A stretch of 64,000 nucleotides of DNA from Escherichia phage vB_EcoM_KAW1E185, in sequence record NC_054922.1. One strand, given 5' to 3'. Within the stretch, counting starts at the first letter, position 1; each line of letters begins with the position of its first letter. The notes under the pieces are model-generated. The model saw nothing but the letters and a program-made list of their open reading frames with translations, searched no databases and had not been told where the DNA came from. The position numbers and the translations under genes are program-made. This document shows positions 48,209 through 59,528 of the stretch, piece by piece.

Positions 48209-48834
48209 TACAATAGCTCAAAGAATTCTTTGAGTCCTCTTATTACATGAGCGTGAGATTTTCCACACTCTGGACACTTAATTGGAACAGCCAAATAAAC
48301 AGTAGGCTTTAAAAGCATATCTTTTATAGCTACAATATCTGACTCTGTGATGATAGAATATAAATCTTCCAACTCTTTTTCATTTAAGTCTTCAATTGGA
48401 ATGCTTTCACCGTTAGCATGAATCGTTTCTATACATGATACTATCATGTGGGCTATATTTTTATCATCAAAAATTTTAGGGTAATGGAACTTAATTTTAA
48501 TGTCACCCAGTGTATACCAGAGGTCTTCTGGTGCATCTATTTGTGTATGTAATAGATTTATATGGGTTGGTATTTCAGTTCCGCAGGTGCACTTCCAGGA
48601 GTTTTCGTGATTAACTTCTCCAAGAGAATGTGCCCATAAATGAATCAATAGTAGTTCTGATTCTTGGCGGTTTAAATCTTTTGCATTTGTGCATTCTTTG
48701 ATTAGCTTTTTAACGATCTCTTCTACTGAACCGTTCTTTTTAGCAGTAATAAGTTCTAGATATTCTTTAAGAGTAAATGCGCGACAGTTGATTATTTTAG
48801 AACCAACTCTCACATCAAATTTGTATTCATACAT
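48208..48834 (-). CDS. 26: gp26 baseplate hub subunit
   Basis: 208 aa; T4 gp26 length and position. Confidence 0.9.
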   Translation of the reverse strand: MYEYKFDVRVGSKIINCRAFTLKEYLELITAKKNGSVEEIVKKLIKECTNAKDLNRQESELLLIHLWAHSLGEVNHENSWKCTCGTEIPTHINLLHTQIDAPEDLWYTLGDIKIKFHYPKIFDDKNIAHMIVSCIETIHANGESIPIEDLNEKELEDLYSIITESDIVAIKDMLLKPTVYLAVPIKCPECGKSHAHVIRGLKEFFELL

Positions 48835-48855
48835 ATTTAGCTCCTTTATTTATCA

Positions 48856-48867
48856 TATTTATAAATA
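48856..48867. promoter_or_regulatory. overlapping divergent late promoters (minus-strand TATAAATA for 26-25, plus-strand TATAAATA for 51)
   Basis: Plus strand tatttataaata; minus-strand element 48856..48863, plus-strand element 48860..48867. Confidence 0.55.
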
Positions 48868-48884
48868 GAATAAAAGGAGCATCT

Positions 48885-49634
48885 ATGGCAAACATTATTC
48901 GTTGTAAATTACCAGATGGTGTTCATCGTTTTAAACCATTTACGGTAGAAGATTATCGAGATTTTTTGTTAGTTCGAAACGATATAGAACATCGGTCACC
49001 ACAAGAACAAAAAGAAATAATTGCTGATTTAATTGCCGATTATTTTGGAGACTATCCGAAGACTTGGCAACCATTTATATTTTTGCAGGTATTTGTAGGG
49101 TCAATAGGTAAAACTAAAGTACCGGTCACATTTGTATGTCCAAAATGTAAAAAAGAAAAGACAGTTCCATTTGAAATATATCAAAAAGAATTAAAGGAAC
49201 CTGTTTTTGATGTAGCTAATGTTAAAATTAAATTAAAGTTTCCTTCTGAGTTTTATGAAAATAAAGCAAAGATGATTACTGAAAATATTCATTCCGTTCA
49301 AGTAGATGAAATGTGGTATGATTGGAATGAAATTAGCGAATCAAGTCAAATAGAACTTGTTGATGCCATCGAGATAGAAACATTAGAAAAAATTCTCGAT
49401 GCAATGAATCCTATTAATTTAACATTGCATATGTCATGTTGTAATAAGTATGTAAAAAAATACACTGATATAGTAGATGTGTTTAAGCTATTAGTTAACC
49501 CAGATGAAATATTTACTTTTTATCAAATCAATCACACGCTCGTAAAAAGTAATTATAGCTTAAATTCAATAATGAAAATGATTCCTGCTGAGCGCGGATT
49601 CGTATTAAAACTGATTGAGAAGGATAAACAATAA
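48885..49634 (+). CDS. 51: gp51 baseplate hub assembly catalyst
   Basis: 249 aa; T4 gp51 length and position. Confidence 0.9.
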   Translation: MANIIRCKLPDGVHRFKPFTVEDYRDFLLVRNDIEHRSPQEQKEIIADLIADYFGDYPKTWQPFIFLQVFVGSIGKTKVPVTFVCPKCKKEKTVPFEIYQKELKEPVFDVANVKIKLKFPSEFYENKAKMITENIHSVQVDEMWYDWNEISESSQIELVDAIEIETLEKILDAMNPINLTLHMSCCNKYVKKYTDIVDVFKLLVNPDEIFTFYQINHTLVKSNYSLNSIMKMIPAERGFVLKLIEKDKQ

Positions 49635-50809
49635 TGAGTATGTTGCAACGCCCAGGATATCCAAATCTCAGCGTTAAATTATTTGATAGCTACGACGCTT
49701 GGAGTAATAATAGATTTGTTGAATTAGCTGCTACTATTACCACATTAACTATGCGGGATTCTCTTTATGGCCGAAATGAAGGAATGCTGCAGTTTTATGA
49801 TTCTAAAAATATCCATACAAAAATGGATGGAAATGAAATAATTCAGATTTCTGTAGCTAATGCAAACGATATTAATAATGTTAAAACACGAATTTATGGA
49901 TGTAAGCATTTTTCCGTGTCAGTAGATTCAAAGGGTGATAACATCATTGCTATTGAATTGGGAACTATTCATTCTATAGAAAATCTTAAATTTGGCAGAC
50001 CGTTTTTCTCTGATGCAGGTGAATCTATAAAGGAAATGCTTGGTGTCATTTATCAGGATCGCACGTTATTAACTCCATCAATAAATGCTATAAATGCTTA
50101 TGTTCCTGATATTCCGTGGACTAGTACATTTGAAAACTATTTGTCATATGTTAGAGAAGTTGCTCTAGCTGTAGGAAGTGACAAATTTGTATTTGTGTGG
50201 CAAGACATCATGGGAGTTAACATGATGGACTATGATATGATGATAAATCAAGAACCATATCCAATGATTGTCGGTGAGCCATCTTTAATAGGTCAATTTG
50301 TCCAAGAATTAAAATACCCATTAGCATATGATTTTGTTTGGTTGACTAAATCGAATCCTCACAAACGTGACCCAATGAAAAATGCTACTATCTATGCTCA
50401 TTCATTTTTAGATTCTTCACTGCCAATGATTACTACAGGAAAGGGTGAAAACTCTATTGTAGTGTCAAGGTCAGGTGCTTATTCTGAAATGACTTATAGG
50501 AATGGATATGAAGAAGCTATTCGTCTTCAAACTATGGCACAATATGACGGCTATGCTAAATGTTCTACTGTCGGTAATTTTAACTTGACTCCTGGTGTTA
50601 AAATTATTTTTAATGATAGTAAAAACCAATTTAAAACAGAATTTTACGTTGATGAAGTTATCCATGAATTATCCAATAATAATTCAATAACTCATCTATA
50701 TATGTTCACTAATGCAACGAAACTGGAAACAATAGACCCAGTTAAGGTTAAAAATGAATTTAAATCTGATACTACCACTGAAGAAAGTAGTTCTTCCAAT
50801 AAGCAATAA
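49634..50809 (+). CDS. 27: gp27 baseplate hub subunit
   Basis: 391 aa; T4 gp27 length and position. Confidence 0.95.
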   Translation: MSMLQRPGYPNLSVKLFDSYDAWSNNRFVELAATITTLTMRDSLYGRNEGMLQFYDSKNIHTKMDGNEIIQISVANANDINNVKTRIYGCKHFSVSVDSKGDNIIAIELGTIHSIENLKFGRPFFSDAGESIKEMLGVIYQDRTLLTPSINAINAYVPDIPWTSTFENYLSYVREVALAVGSDKFVFVWQDIMGVNMMDYDMMINQEPYPMIVGEPSLIGQFVQELKYPLAYDFVWLTKSNPHKRDPMKNATIYAHSFLDSSLPMITTGKGENSIVVSRSGAYSEMTYRNGYEEAIRLQTMAQYDGYAKCSTVGNFNLTPGVKIIFNDSKNQFKTEFYVDEVIHELSNNNSITHLYMFTNATKLETIDPVKVKNEFKSDTTTEESSSSNKQ

Positions 50810-51287
50810 AGAAGTTTCTATTCCTAAAATGGGTCTTAAACATTATAACATTTTAAAAGATGTTAAAGGTCCTGATGAAAATTTAAAACTTCTTATTGAT
50901 TCTATTTGTCCGAATTTATCACCGGCAGAAGTTGATTTCGTTTCTATTCATTTATTGGAATTTAATGGAAAGATTAAATCTCGTAAAGAAATAGATGGCT
51001 ATACTTATGACATTAATGATGTTTATGTATGCCAAAGATTAGAATTTCAATACCAAGGAAATACATTTTATTTTAGACCTCCTGGAAAATTTGAACAATT
51101 TTTAACGGTGAGCGATATGTTATCTAAATGCTTGCTTAAGGTCAACGATGAAGTTAAAGAAATTAATTTTCTTGAGATGCCAGCATTCGTTTTAAAATGG
51201 GCAAATGATATTTTTACAACTTTAGCAATTCCTGGCCCTAATGGTCCAATAACTGGAATTGGCAATATTATTGGATTATTTGAATGA
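50754..51287 (+). CDS. 28: gp28 baseplate hub distal subunit
   Basis: 177 aa; overlaps the gp27 3' end. Confidence 0.9.
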   Translation: MNLNLILPLKKVVLPISNKEVSIPKMGLKHYNILKDVKGPDENLKLLIDSICPNLSPAEVDFVSIHLLEFNGKIKSRKEIDGYTYDINDVYVCQRLEFQYQGNTFYFRPPGKFEQFLTVSDMLSKCLLKVNDEVKEINFLEMPAFVLKWANDIFTTLAIPGPNGPITGIGNIIGLFE

Positions 51288-53056
51288 AAAAGCCACAAGA
51301 AATGCAAACGATGCGTAGAAAAGTTATTTCAGATAATAAACCAACACAGGAAGCGGCTAAATCCGCTTCCAACACTTTATCTGGACTTAATGACATATCT
51401 ACGAAATTGGATGATGCTCAAGCTGCTTCTGAATTAATTGCTCAAACTGTCGAAGAAAAATCGAATGAAATAATTGGAGCAATTGACAATGTAGAAAGCG
51501 CAGTGAGTGATACTACTGCCGGTTCTGAGTTAATTGCTGAAACTGTCGAAATTGGCAACAATATTAATAAAGAAATCGGTGAATCGCTCGGAAGCAAATT
51601 AGATAAATTAACAAGTTTACTAGAGCAAAAAATCCAGACAGCCGGAATTCAACAAACAGGAACTAGTTTAGCTACGGTTGAAAGCGCTATTCCTGTTAAA
51701 GTTGTTGAGGACGATACAGCTGAATCTGTGGGTCCTTTATTACCGGCTCCTGAAGCAGTTAATAATGATCCTGATGCTGATTTTTTCCCTACCCCTCAGC
51801 CAGTTGAACCTAAACAAGAATCGCCAGAAGAAAAACAGAAAAAAGACGCATTTAACTTAAAATTATCTCAAGCTTTAGATAAATTAACAAAGACTGTTGA
51901 TTTCGGATTTAAGAAATCTATTTCAATTACTGATAAAATATCAAGCATGCTATTTAAGTATACCGTCAGTGCTGCTATTGAAGCTGCTAAAATGACTGCA
52001 ATGATATTGGCTGTTGTTGTTGGAATAGATCTGCTGATGGTTCATTTCAAATATTGGTCAGATAAATTTTCACAGGCTTGGGATTTGTTTAGTTCAAACT
52101 TTACTAAATTCTCTAGCGAAACCGGAACATGGGGTCCTTTATTACAGAGCATCTTTAGTTCTATTGATGAAATTAAAAAATTCTGGGAAGAGGGAGATTG
52201 GGGCGGTTTGACGGTAGCTATTGTAGAAGGGCTTGGAAAGGTTCTTTATAATTTAGGAGAACTTATTCAGCTTGGAATGGCTAAATTATCTGCTGCAATT
52301 CTTCGAGTCATTCCTGGCATGAAGGATACCGCTGATGAAGTAGAAGGAAGAGCACTAGAAAATTTCCAAAATTCTACTGGAGCATCTCTCAATAAAGAAG
52401 ACCAGGAAAAAGTTGCAAATTATCAAGATAAACGAATGAACGGAGACCTTGGTCCGATAGCAAAAGGATTAGATAAAATTGCTAATTGGAAAACTCGTGC
52501 ATCTAACTGGATTCGTGGCGTTGATAATAAAGAAGCACTAACTACCGACGAAGAACGTGCAGCAGAAGAAGAAAAATTAAAGCAACTTTCACCAGAAGAA
52601 AGAAAAAATGCTTTAATGAAGGCTAATGAAGCCCGTGCCGCGATGATTCGTTTTGAAAAATACGCTGATTCGGCTGATATGAGTAAAGACTCAACGGTTA
52701 AATCAGTTGAAGCTGCCTATGAAGACCTTAAAAAACGGATGGATGACCCGGATTTAAATAATTCACCGGCAGTTAAAAAAGAACTTGCTGCTAGATTTTC
52801 TAAAATTGATGCTACTTATCAAGAGCTCAAGAAAAATCAGCCTAATGCCAAACCTGAAACTTCTGCTAAATCGCCAGAAGCAAAACAAGTCCAGGTAATA
52901 GAAAAGAACAAAGCACAGCAAGCTCCTGTTCAACAAGCATCTCCTTCAATCAATAATACTAATAATGTTATTAAGAAAAATACTGTCGTTCATAATATGA
53001 CACCCGTAACGAGCACGACTGCTCCTGGTGTATTTGATGCGACCGGAGTTAATTAA
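51284..53056 (+). CDS. 29: gp29 baseplate hub / tail length tape measure
   Basis: 590 aa; T4 gp29 length and position. Confidence 0.95.
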   Translation: MKKPQEMQTMRRKVISDNKPTQEAAKSASNTLSGLNDISTKLDDAQAASELIAQTVEEKSNEIIGAIDNVESAVSDTTAGSELIAETVEIGNNINKEIGESLGSKLDKLTSLLEQKIQTAGIQQTGTSLATVESAIPVKVVEDDTAESVGPLLPAPEAVNNDPDADFFPTPQPVEPKQESPEEKQKKDAFNLKLSQALDKLTKTVDFGFKKSISITDKISSMLFKYTVSAAIEAAKMTAMILAVVVGIDLLMVHFKYWSDKFSQAWDLFSSNFTKFSSETGTWGPLLQSIFSSIDEIKKFWEEGDWGGLTVAIVEGLGKVLYNLGELIQLGMAKLSAAILRVIPGMKDTADEVEGRALENFQNSTGASLNKEDQEKVANYQDKRMNGDLGPIAKGLDKIANWKTRASNWIRGVDNKEALTTDEERAAEEEKLKQLSPEERKNALMKANEARAAMIRFEKYADSADMSKDSTVKSVEAAYEDLKKRMDDPDLNNSPAVKKELAARFSKIDATYQELKKNQPNAKPETSAKSPEAKQVQVIEKNKAQQAPVQQASPSINNTNNVIKKNTVVHNMTPVTSTTAPGVFDATGVN

Positions 53057-53064
53057 GGAATAAT

Positions 53065-54159
53065 ATGGCAATTGTTAAAGAAATAACTGCTGATTTAATT
53101 AAAAAGTCCGGTGAGAAAATTTCAGCCGGACAGAGTACTAAATCAGAAGTAGCAACTAAAACATACACTGCCCAGTTTCCAACTGGGCGTGCTAGTGGTA
53201 ATGACACTACAGGGGACTTCCAGGTAACAGATCTATATAAGAATGGATTATTATTTACTGCATACAATATGTCATCTAGGGATTCTGGAAGTCTTAGATC
53301 GATGAGATCTAACTACTCTTCTTCATCTTCGAGTATTTTAAGTACAGCTAGAAACACTATTAGTAGTACAGTATCAAAACTATCAAATGGATTAATATCA
53401 AACAATAATTCAGGAACAATAAGTAAAGCTCCTGTCGCAAACATTCTTTTACCGAGATCTAAATCTGACGTTGATACGTCATCACACAGATTTAATGATG
53501 TTCAAGAAAGTCTTATCAGCAGAGGCGGAGGTACTGCTACTGGCGTGTTAAGTAATATTGCTTCAACTGCAGTATTTGGGGCACTGGAAAGTATAACACA
53601 AGGTATAATGGCTGATAATAATGAACAGATTTATACGACAGCCAGAAGTATGTATGGCGGTGCTGAGAATAGAACTAAAGTGTTTACATGGGATTTGACA
53701 CCACGTTCAACAGAAGATTTGATGGCTATTATTAATATCTATCAGTATTTTAACTATTTTTCTTATGGTGAAACGGGCAAATCTCAATATGCTGCTGAAA
53801 TAAAGGGGTATTTAGATGATTGGTATCGTTCTACATTAATTGAACCTTTATCTCCGGAAGACGCGGCTAAAAATAAAACACTATTTGAGAAAATGACATC
53901 GAGTTTAACTAACGTTCTAGTAGTTTCAAACCCGACAATTTGGATGGTGAAAAACTTTGGCGCAACATCTAAGTTTGATGGAAAAACGGAAATATTTGGC
54001 CCATGCCAAATACAGAGCATCAGATTTGATAAAACACCTAATGGTAACTTTAACGGATTAGCTATTGCTCCAAACCTCCCTAGTACATTTACTCTTGAGA
54101 TTACTATGAGAGAAATTATCACGTTAAACCGTGCTTCTTTATATGCGGGGACTTTTTAA
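53065..54159 (+). CDS. 48: gp48 baseplate-tail tube junction protein
   Basis: 364 aa; T4 gp48 length and position. Confidence 0.93.
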   Translation: MAIVKEITADLIKKSGEKISAGQSTKSEVATKTYTAQFPTGRASGNDTTGDFQVTDLYKNGLLFTAYNMSSRDSGSLRSMRSNYSSSSSSILSTARNTISSTVSKLSNGLISNNNSGTISKAPVANILLPRSKSDVDTSSHRFNDVQESLISRGGGTATGVLSNIASTAVFGALESITQGIMADNNEQIYTTARSMYGGAENRTKVFTWDLTPRSTEDLMAIINIYQYFNYFSYGETGKSQYAAEIKGYLDDWYRSTLIEPLSPEDAAKNKTLFEKMTSSLTNVLVVSNPTIWMVKNFGATSKFDGKTEIFGPCQIQSIRFDKTPNGNFNGLAIAPNLPSTFTLEITMREIITLNRASLYAGTF

Positions 54160-55124
54160 TGTATTCTTTAGAGGAATTTAATAATCAAGCAATAAACGCA
54201 GATTTTCAACGTAATAATATGTTTAGCTGCGTTTTTGCGACAACTCCATCAACTAAAAGCTCTTCGTTGATAAGTTCAATTAGTAACTTTTCTTATAATA
54301 ACTTGGGTCTAAATTCAGATTGGTTAGGATTGACTCAAGGCGATATTAATCAGGGAATTACCACGCTAATTACTGCTGGCACACAAAAACTGATAAGAAA
54401 ATCAGGGGTTAGTAAATATCTTATTGGTGCCATGAGTCAACGTACAGTTCAAAGTTTATTGGGCTCATTTACAGTTGGTACATATTTAATTGACTTCTTT
54501 AACATGGCATATAACTCATCTGGATTGATGATATATTCTGTAAAAATGCCAGAGAATAGATTATCCTATGAAACTGACTGGAACTATAATTCTCCTAATA
54601 TTCGTATAACTGGGAGAGAATTAGACCCTTTGGTTATTTCATTTAGGATGGATTCAGAAGCTTGTAACTATCGTGCGATGCAAGACTGGGTTAACGCTGT
54701 TCAAGACCCAGTAACTGGATTGCGTGCTTTGCCACAAGATGTCGAGGCAGATATTCAGGTTAATCTTCATGCTCGTAATGGATTACCTCATACTGCGGTG
54801 ATGTTCACTGGATGCATTCCAGTGTCAGTGAGCGCTCCTGAGTTATCATATGATGGAGATAACCAAATAACTACATTTGATGTTACTTTTGCGTATAGAG
54901 TCATGCAGGCTGGGTCGGTTGATAGACAAGCTGCGCTTGAGTGGCTTGAATCTGCTGCTATAAATGGCATTCAAAGCGTTCTCGGAAATAGTGGAGGTGT
55001 TACTGGATTATCTAATTCGCTTTCACGACTTAGTAGATTAGGGGGAACTGCTGGAAGCATTTCAAACATTAATACTATGACAGGAATTGTCAATTCGCAA
55101 AGTAAAATATTAGGAGCAATATAA
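54159..55124 (+). CDS. 54: gp54 tail tube initiator
   Basis: 321 aa; T4 gp54 position. Confidence 0.93.
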   Translation: MYSLEEFNNQAINADFQRNNMFSCVFATTPSTKSSSLISSISNFSYNNLGLNSDWLGLTQGDINQGITTLITAGTQKLIRKSGVSKYLIGAMSQRTVQSLLGSFTVGTYLIDFFNMAYNSSGLMIYSVKMPENRLSYETDWNYNSPNIRITGRELDPLVISFRMDSEACNYRAMQDWVNAVQDPVTGLRALPQDVEADIQVNLHARNGLPHTAVMFTGCIPVSVSAPELSYDGDNQITTFDVTFAYRVMQAGSVDRQAALEWLESAAINGIQSVLGNSGGVTGLSNSLSRLSRLGGTAGSISNINTMTGIVNSQSKILGAI

Positions 55125-55128
55125 CAAT

Positions 55129-55158
55129 GGGGACCGAAAGGTCCCCATATTTTTATTT
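55129..55158 (+). terminator. intrinsic terminator after gene 54
   Basis: Hairpin GGGGACC-GAAA-GGTCCCC followed by a T-rich run. Confidence 0.7.
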
Positions 55159-55443
55159 ACGGAATGAAATAAAAGCAGCAACTGAAGCAACTAAACTGTC
55201 TTCAATATAAACTTCAATTTTTACCGGAGCTTCTGACTCAAATTTACCTGTTACTACACCTTGGAAAATGCTTTCAGTCTGCTCTGGCTTTGAAAAATTT
55301 TCAGAAGGAAAAATTCCGAACTTTTTATCTGTTCCAAAAATTTTGATAAATTCATCATAAACTGCTTCATTAAAAGCATTATCAGCAGGAATAACGCCTT
55401 CAACTACAAGTTCTTGACCTAAAAAGCGCAAAGAAGATTTCAT
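55153..55443 (-). CDS. hypothetical protein, 96 aa, downstream of alt
   Basis: ORF track. Confidence 0.6.
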   Translation of the reverse strand: MKSSLRFLGQELVVEGVIPADNAFNEAVYDEFIKIFGTDKKFGIFPSENFSKPEQTESIFQGVVTGKFESEAPVKIEVYIEDSLVASVAAFISFRK

Positions 55444-55503
55444 TTTGTGTTCCTCATGTTATGTAAGTAAAATTATTATAACACAACACGAGGGACTTGT
55501 AAA

Positions 55504-57564
55504 CTACATCTTAAACTTTTTAGACATTCCGTCGATGTTAACCAAAGAAGCTAAGATTTGAGAAACTTCGTTTTCCTCTTCTTTTGATTCTTCTACAAGG
55601 AATTGATTAAATCCAGTCATTGGACGAACTTCACCAGTTTCCATCAGATGGTCGCCATCATATACCGATTCTTCTAATTGTTCAGAAGGAGGAACGATTG
55701 TGCCTTCGATTAAATACTTGTTATAAGCAGTTTCTTTCATCATGTACGTGCTCACTTTATTAATCTTCAGCAAAATTCCACGCGGTAGAATAACTTCAGC
55801 TTCTGTTGCTATTCCGAGACTTCCTGGATATACAACATTAACTTTATGAGCTCCATCAATTGCCCATCCTATTTGAACTTTAACGTATTCAGGATTTTCT
55901 TTATACGCTCTTATTTCGTTTGGATTAATAGTTATTCCTTCTTCATTTTTATCAACCGTTAATTCGTTACGAGCTTCTGGTTCTAAAAGACCAATACCAG
56001 CATGTGTAATTCCAAAACGCCCAAAAATGATAGGAGTTAAAGAAGTAGATACAAAATTTCTGAAATAGAACACTTTATTTTTAACTAGCGCTTCGTATAT
56101 AGGAGCAGTCATACTTTGAGCACGATAAACTGTAATGCCTTCCGGTATGCGGTCACCATTTTCAAAAGCTGAATCTAAATTATTTATAGCAGATTCAATT
56201 TCTTTTTCACTCATTACATCATATCGTTCTGGATTGTAACGACCTAAAAGAAGATTATTGATGTCAGTATATCCTGAACCACAATACTCTCTAATGCCGC
56301 GCTTTTGTGATGGAGTATATTTAGAACCATCACGGGCAATAGTAATATCAATCATTGGACCTGCACCAATTCCAGAAAAACTATAAATCATTCTTTTGAG
56401 GAATTTAGTTTTTGCTGCGTTCCAGGAATTTTTAGTCATTTCTTCCCAGACTTCATCTGGCTGCCCTTTACGAGTTTTATTATGTTTATCAAGCCAATTA
56501 TCTTTATATTCTTCAAAGAGTTGATTAACAGCTGCTGCGTATTTCTCTAAACATTTTATTGAAGTAGTTGGTTCATTTTTAATCGCATTAAGAATTACAT
56601 CTTTAATTTTTTCAGAAACTTCATTAACCTCACTTTTTGAAAAGAATTTATAGTCATAATGAAGTTCATTCGCAGTTCCTTCGGCAATAATTTTTGCTGC
56701 CTTAGTTTTAGAAGCTAATGAATTAATTCCAAGCTTCATTTCTTCTGCTTCGGGAATTAAAGGAGCGGTAGCAGGTTTATTGAAATTAGCTGCGGTAGAT
56801 TCATACTTCTGGAATAATTCACTTTCAAATCTAGAAGATTCCAATGATTGACTTTGCGCAATTGCTCTACGGGAAATTTTAACTTTAACGATTACAGCTT
56901 GGTCAGAACGTTTATCATTTTCTTGTGCAATAGATGCTGCAATTGCCTCATTTTTAGTTACTTGAGCTCCAGTATCTTTATTGATATAAACATCGCCGAC
57001 TTTCGATTCAACTTTAGTAAAGAGCTCGGTACTAATTTCCGGAACTCCTGGAATGTCTTCTAGTGATACATTTTTGCGATGTATAAGAATATATGCATAC
57101 TTTTTATCATAATCCCAGAGTTCCTTAAGAAGGACGTATCTGCCACCTGAACGACTACGGATAAGTCTATCAGCAATAACTTGAATTTGTCGAGCTTGAC
57201 CAGCGGTTTTAGACTTAAGAATACGAAGCATACAAGCATCAATTTTATACTGACGCATTGTTTGCATTGCAACAGTAAAAACTGAATTGATATAATTAAT
57301 TGGGCTTGGACCGAGACCTTTTAATTTAGCAATTGAACCTTTGGCAGTTAATGTAAAAGGAACAATATGCATCATTTTATCGCCCATCTTTAAATCGCGA
57401 TTAGTATCACCTCCAGATGTATAGGTGCATAAACGAAAGCCTGGTTGTTCAATTGCATCATCAACACGAACTGAAAAAATTTGTGGTATTTTCTTCTTTG
57501 GATTTAAGTTTGTAATCGGAAGAGTAGTATCTTCGTCAAATAATTCTGTAATGAGTTCCATCAT
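55504..57564 (-). CDS. alt: Alt, packaged ADP-ribosyltransferase that modifies host RNA polymerase
   Basis: 686 aa; position between gene 54 and DNA ligase; length close to T4 Alt. Confidence 0.9.
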   Translation of the reverse strand: MMELITELFDEDTTLPITNLNPKKKIPQIFSVRVDDAIEQPGFRLCTYTSGGDTNRDLKMGDKMMHIVPFTLTAKGSIAKLKGLGPSPINYINSVFTVAMQTMRQYKIDACMLRILKSKTAGQARQIQVIADRLIRSRSGGRYVLLKELWDYDKKYAYILIHRKNVSLEDIPGVPEISTELFTKVESKVGDVYINKDTGAQVTKNEAIAASIAQENDKRSDQAVIVKVKISRRAIAQSQSLESSRFESELFQKYESTAANFNKPATAPLIPEAEEMKLGINSLASKTKAAKIIAEGTANELHYDYKFFSKSEVNEVSEKIKDVILNAIKNEPTTSIKCLEKYAAAVNQLFEEYKDNWLDKHNKTRKGQPDEVWEEMTKNSWNAAKTKFLKRMIYSFSGIGAGPMIDITIARDGSKYTPSQKRGIREYCGSGYTDINNLLLGRYNPERYDVMSEKEIESAINNLDSAFENGDRIPEGITVYRAQSMTAPIYEALVKNKVFYFRNFVSTSLTPIIFGRFGITHAGIGLLEPEARNELTVDKNEEGITINPNEIRAYKENPEYVKVQIGWAIDGAHKVNVVYPGSLGIATEAEVILPRGILLKINKVSTYMMKETAYNKYLIEGTIVPPSEQLEESVYDGDHLMETGEVRPMTGFNQFLVEESKEEENEVSQILASLVNIDGMSKKFKM

Positions 57565-57585
57565 ATCCTCTCTAGTGTTTATTCT

Positions 57586-57593
57586 ATTTATAA
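57586..57593 (-). promoter_or_regulatory. late promoter TATAAATA (minus strand) upstream of alt
   Basis: Plus strand tatttata about 22 nt upstream of the alt ATG, next to hairpin AAAGGCC-CGAA-GGCCTTT. Confidence 0.45.
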
Positions 57594-57613
57594 AATTAAA
57601 GGCCCGAAGGCCT

Positions 57614-57802
57614 TTAATAATCTATTGGTAAGAGAGTACGATATATTTCAAACTTTGGACCTTTTTCATAGGCATCAAATGTTTCTGTGAATTTATTATA
57701 AGCATATGCATCTATAAATTCAATCATAATTTGTGATACAGAAGTAGAAACATCTCCACCTTCTTTTTGAGCAACGACAATTGTTTCTAAGTAAGCTTTC
57801 AT
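57614..57802 (-). CDS. hypothetical small protein, 62 aa
   Basis: ORF track; start overlaps the ligase stop. Confidence 0.55.
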   Translation of the reverse strand: MKAYLETIVVAQKEGGDVSTSVSQIMIEFIDAYAYNKFTETFDAYEKGPKFEIYRTLLPIDY

Positions 57803-59262
57803 AGACCAGTTACCTCATGAAAATCACCAAATACATCCTCGAATGTATTAGCTTTAGTTTTATCTTCACGTAAACGAATCGCAATCGGAAGAAATAATTT
57901 AACGTAATCAGTGCGGCCATCAGATTTTAGCCAACCGTTGCATTCGCACTCTAGAATTTTTCCAATATAATAATTTTGGTTTTCCATAATGCGAGTACGG
58001 TCAAGTTCATGTGATTTTACACCGGCTTTATCTTTTAAGCCTGAACCAGCATTTACTTTAATTTTTCCACACTCTGATTCAAGAATAAATCCACCTGCTT
58101 TAGTAGGGTCTTTACGGTGAGGATAAATTCCTACAATTTTTAAATCAACATCAATTACTTCTTTAAATTTATAGAGATTTTTTGAACGAGCATTTTCCCA
58201 CAATCCATCGGTATTTTTGAGAATAATACCTTCAAGACCTTGGTCAATATACTTTTTATAAATTACCTTAGCTTCATCTAGGTTATTTACTACCTGGTTT
58301 TCAATTAAAATTACTTTATCATATCCTGATGTCATTTGTTCTAGTTTAGAAAAACGTACATCATATTTTAAACGAAACGCCGGAAGACCGTATATTTCTA
58401 CCAACGGAACATAATCCCAGACCTGAAACTTCATGCATTGAGCTTCTTTTTCTGAAATAGTTCCCTTTAAAGATTTATTAGCGATTCCATTAGAAGCAGT
58501 ACGAGATTCCGCTACTTCGGCGAATTCTTTAGCTTTACTAATTTCAGGATAATCATCAAAAAGAAAATCTAGGCCTTCTGGTTCCTTTTTAACTTGCTCA
58601 TGGTATACCAATTCGCCATCAATTAACACACCTTCTGGATGAATCTGGCGGGCTTCAGCAGTCATTTTGATTAATTCTTCCTTAAGAAGATCTAATCCTA
58701 GATATTCATTACCAGCTCGTGATAAAAGACGAACATCATCTAATTCATCGCCTCGGACTTCAGCAAAACACCTGGCTCCATCTGCTTTTAACTGTGCAAA
58801 GGCTGGAAATTTGATATTCTTACTAATGCCCTTTTCATCATAAGAACTTGCCAGCATTTGAGGTTGTTCAGGAATTAAACCTGGCCAAACTTTGTTTGCA
58901 ATAGATACTGAAGCACCGCATTCAAGGTCTCGCATCATCACTCGACGCAAAACTTCAACATCATCCTTTTTACCATCGGTGATATATCCAGTCAATTCCT
59001 CAATTGCAGCATTTCCGGTCAATTTCCGAGTAGCTAACGTGAATTCAATGAAGTCAAGCATATCGGTAATGGTCAGCATTCCAAAACTCTGGGTAGCAAT
59101 ACCAGGTTTAGGCCATTTCTTGATATAATACTGTAACCCACGAGAATAAGTTAGACGATATACTCGTTTAAGCAATTCATTATCTTTATTCTTTTCAAGA
59201 ATTGCTTGCTTCTGCTTAGTTGATCCAATAGATGCTATTTCATTCAGAATTTTAAGAATCAT
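57799..59262 (-). CDS. 30: gp30 ATP-dependent DNA ligase
   Basis: 487 aa; adenylylation motif KADGAR; N-terminus recognised as T4 DNA ligase. Confidence 0.97.
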   Translation of the reverse strand: MILKILNEIASIGSTKQKQAILEKNKDNELLKRVYRLTYSRGLQYYIKKWPKPGIATQSFGMLTITDMLDFIEFTLATRKLTGNAAIEELTGYITDGKKDDVEVLRRVMMRDLECGASVSIANKVWPGLIPEQPQMLASSYDEKGISKNIKFPAFAQLKADGARCFAEVRGDELDDVRLLSRAGNEYLGLDLLKEELIKMTAEARQIHPEGVLIDGELVYHEQVKKEPEGLDFLFDDYPEISKAKEFAEVAESRTASNGIANKSLKGTISEKEAQCMKFQVWDYVPLVEIYGLPAFRLKYDVRFSKLEQMTSGYDKVILIENQVVNNLDEAKVIYKKYIDQGLEGIILKNTDGLWENARSKNLYKFKEVIDVDLKIVGIYPHRKDPTKAGGFILESECGKIKVNAGSGLKDKAGVKSHELDRTRIMENQNYYIGKILECECNGWLKSDGRTDYVKLFLPIAIRLREDKTKANTFEDVFGDFHEVTGL

Positions 59263-59528
59263 TGTTCATCCTTCAGAGTTTGATTTACAGCTCTATTATA
59301 AATCAATTCATCATTAAGCTCAGTCAAAGACCTATGATATGTAGTTCTAACTTTATTTCCTTGCATCCAGTGCTTGACGTAAATGAAACCTTGCTCTACA
59401 CATTTTTTAAAAATTCGTTCGTCTTTTTGAGCTCGGAATTCTGGATTGCATCTAAAAAATTGATTTACGTGACCGTAATCACGTGTAGTATTACCTTCAT
59501 TTTCATAAATAGTGTGAACGACAAACAT
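59259..59528 (-). CDS. hypothetical protein, 89 aa (position of T4 30.1)
   Basis: ORF track. Confidence 0.6.
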   Translation of the reverse strand: MFVVHTIYENEGNTTRDYGHVNQFFRCNPEFRAQKDERIFKKCVEQGFIYVKHWMQGNKVRTTYHRSLTELNDELIYNRAVNQTLKDEQ

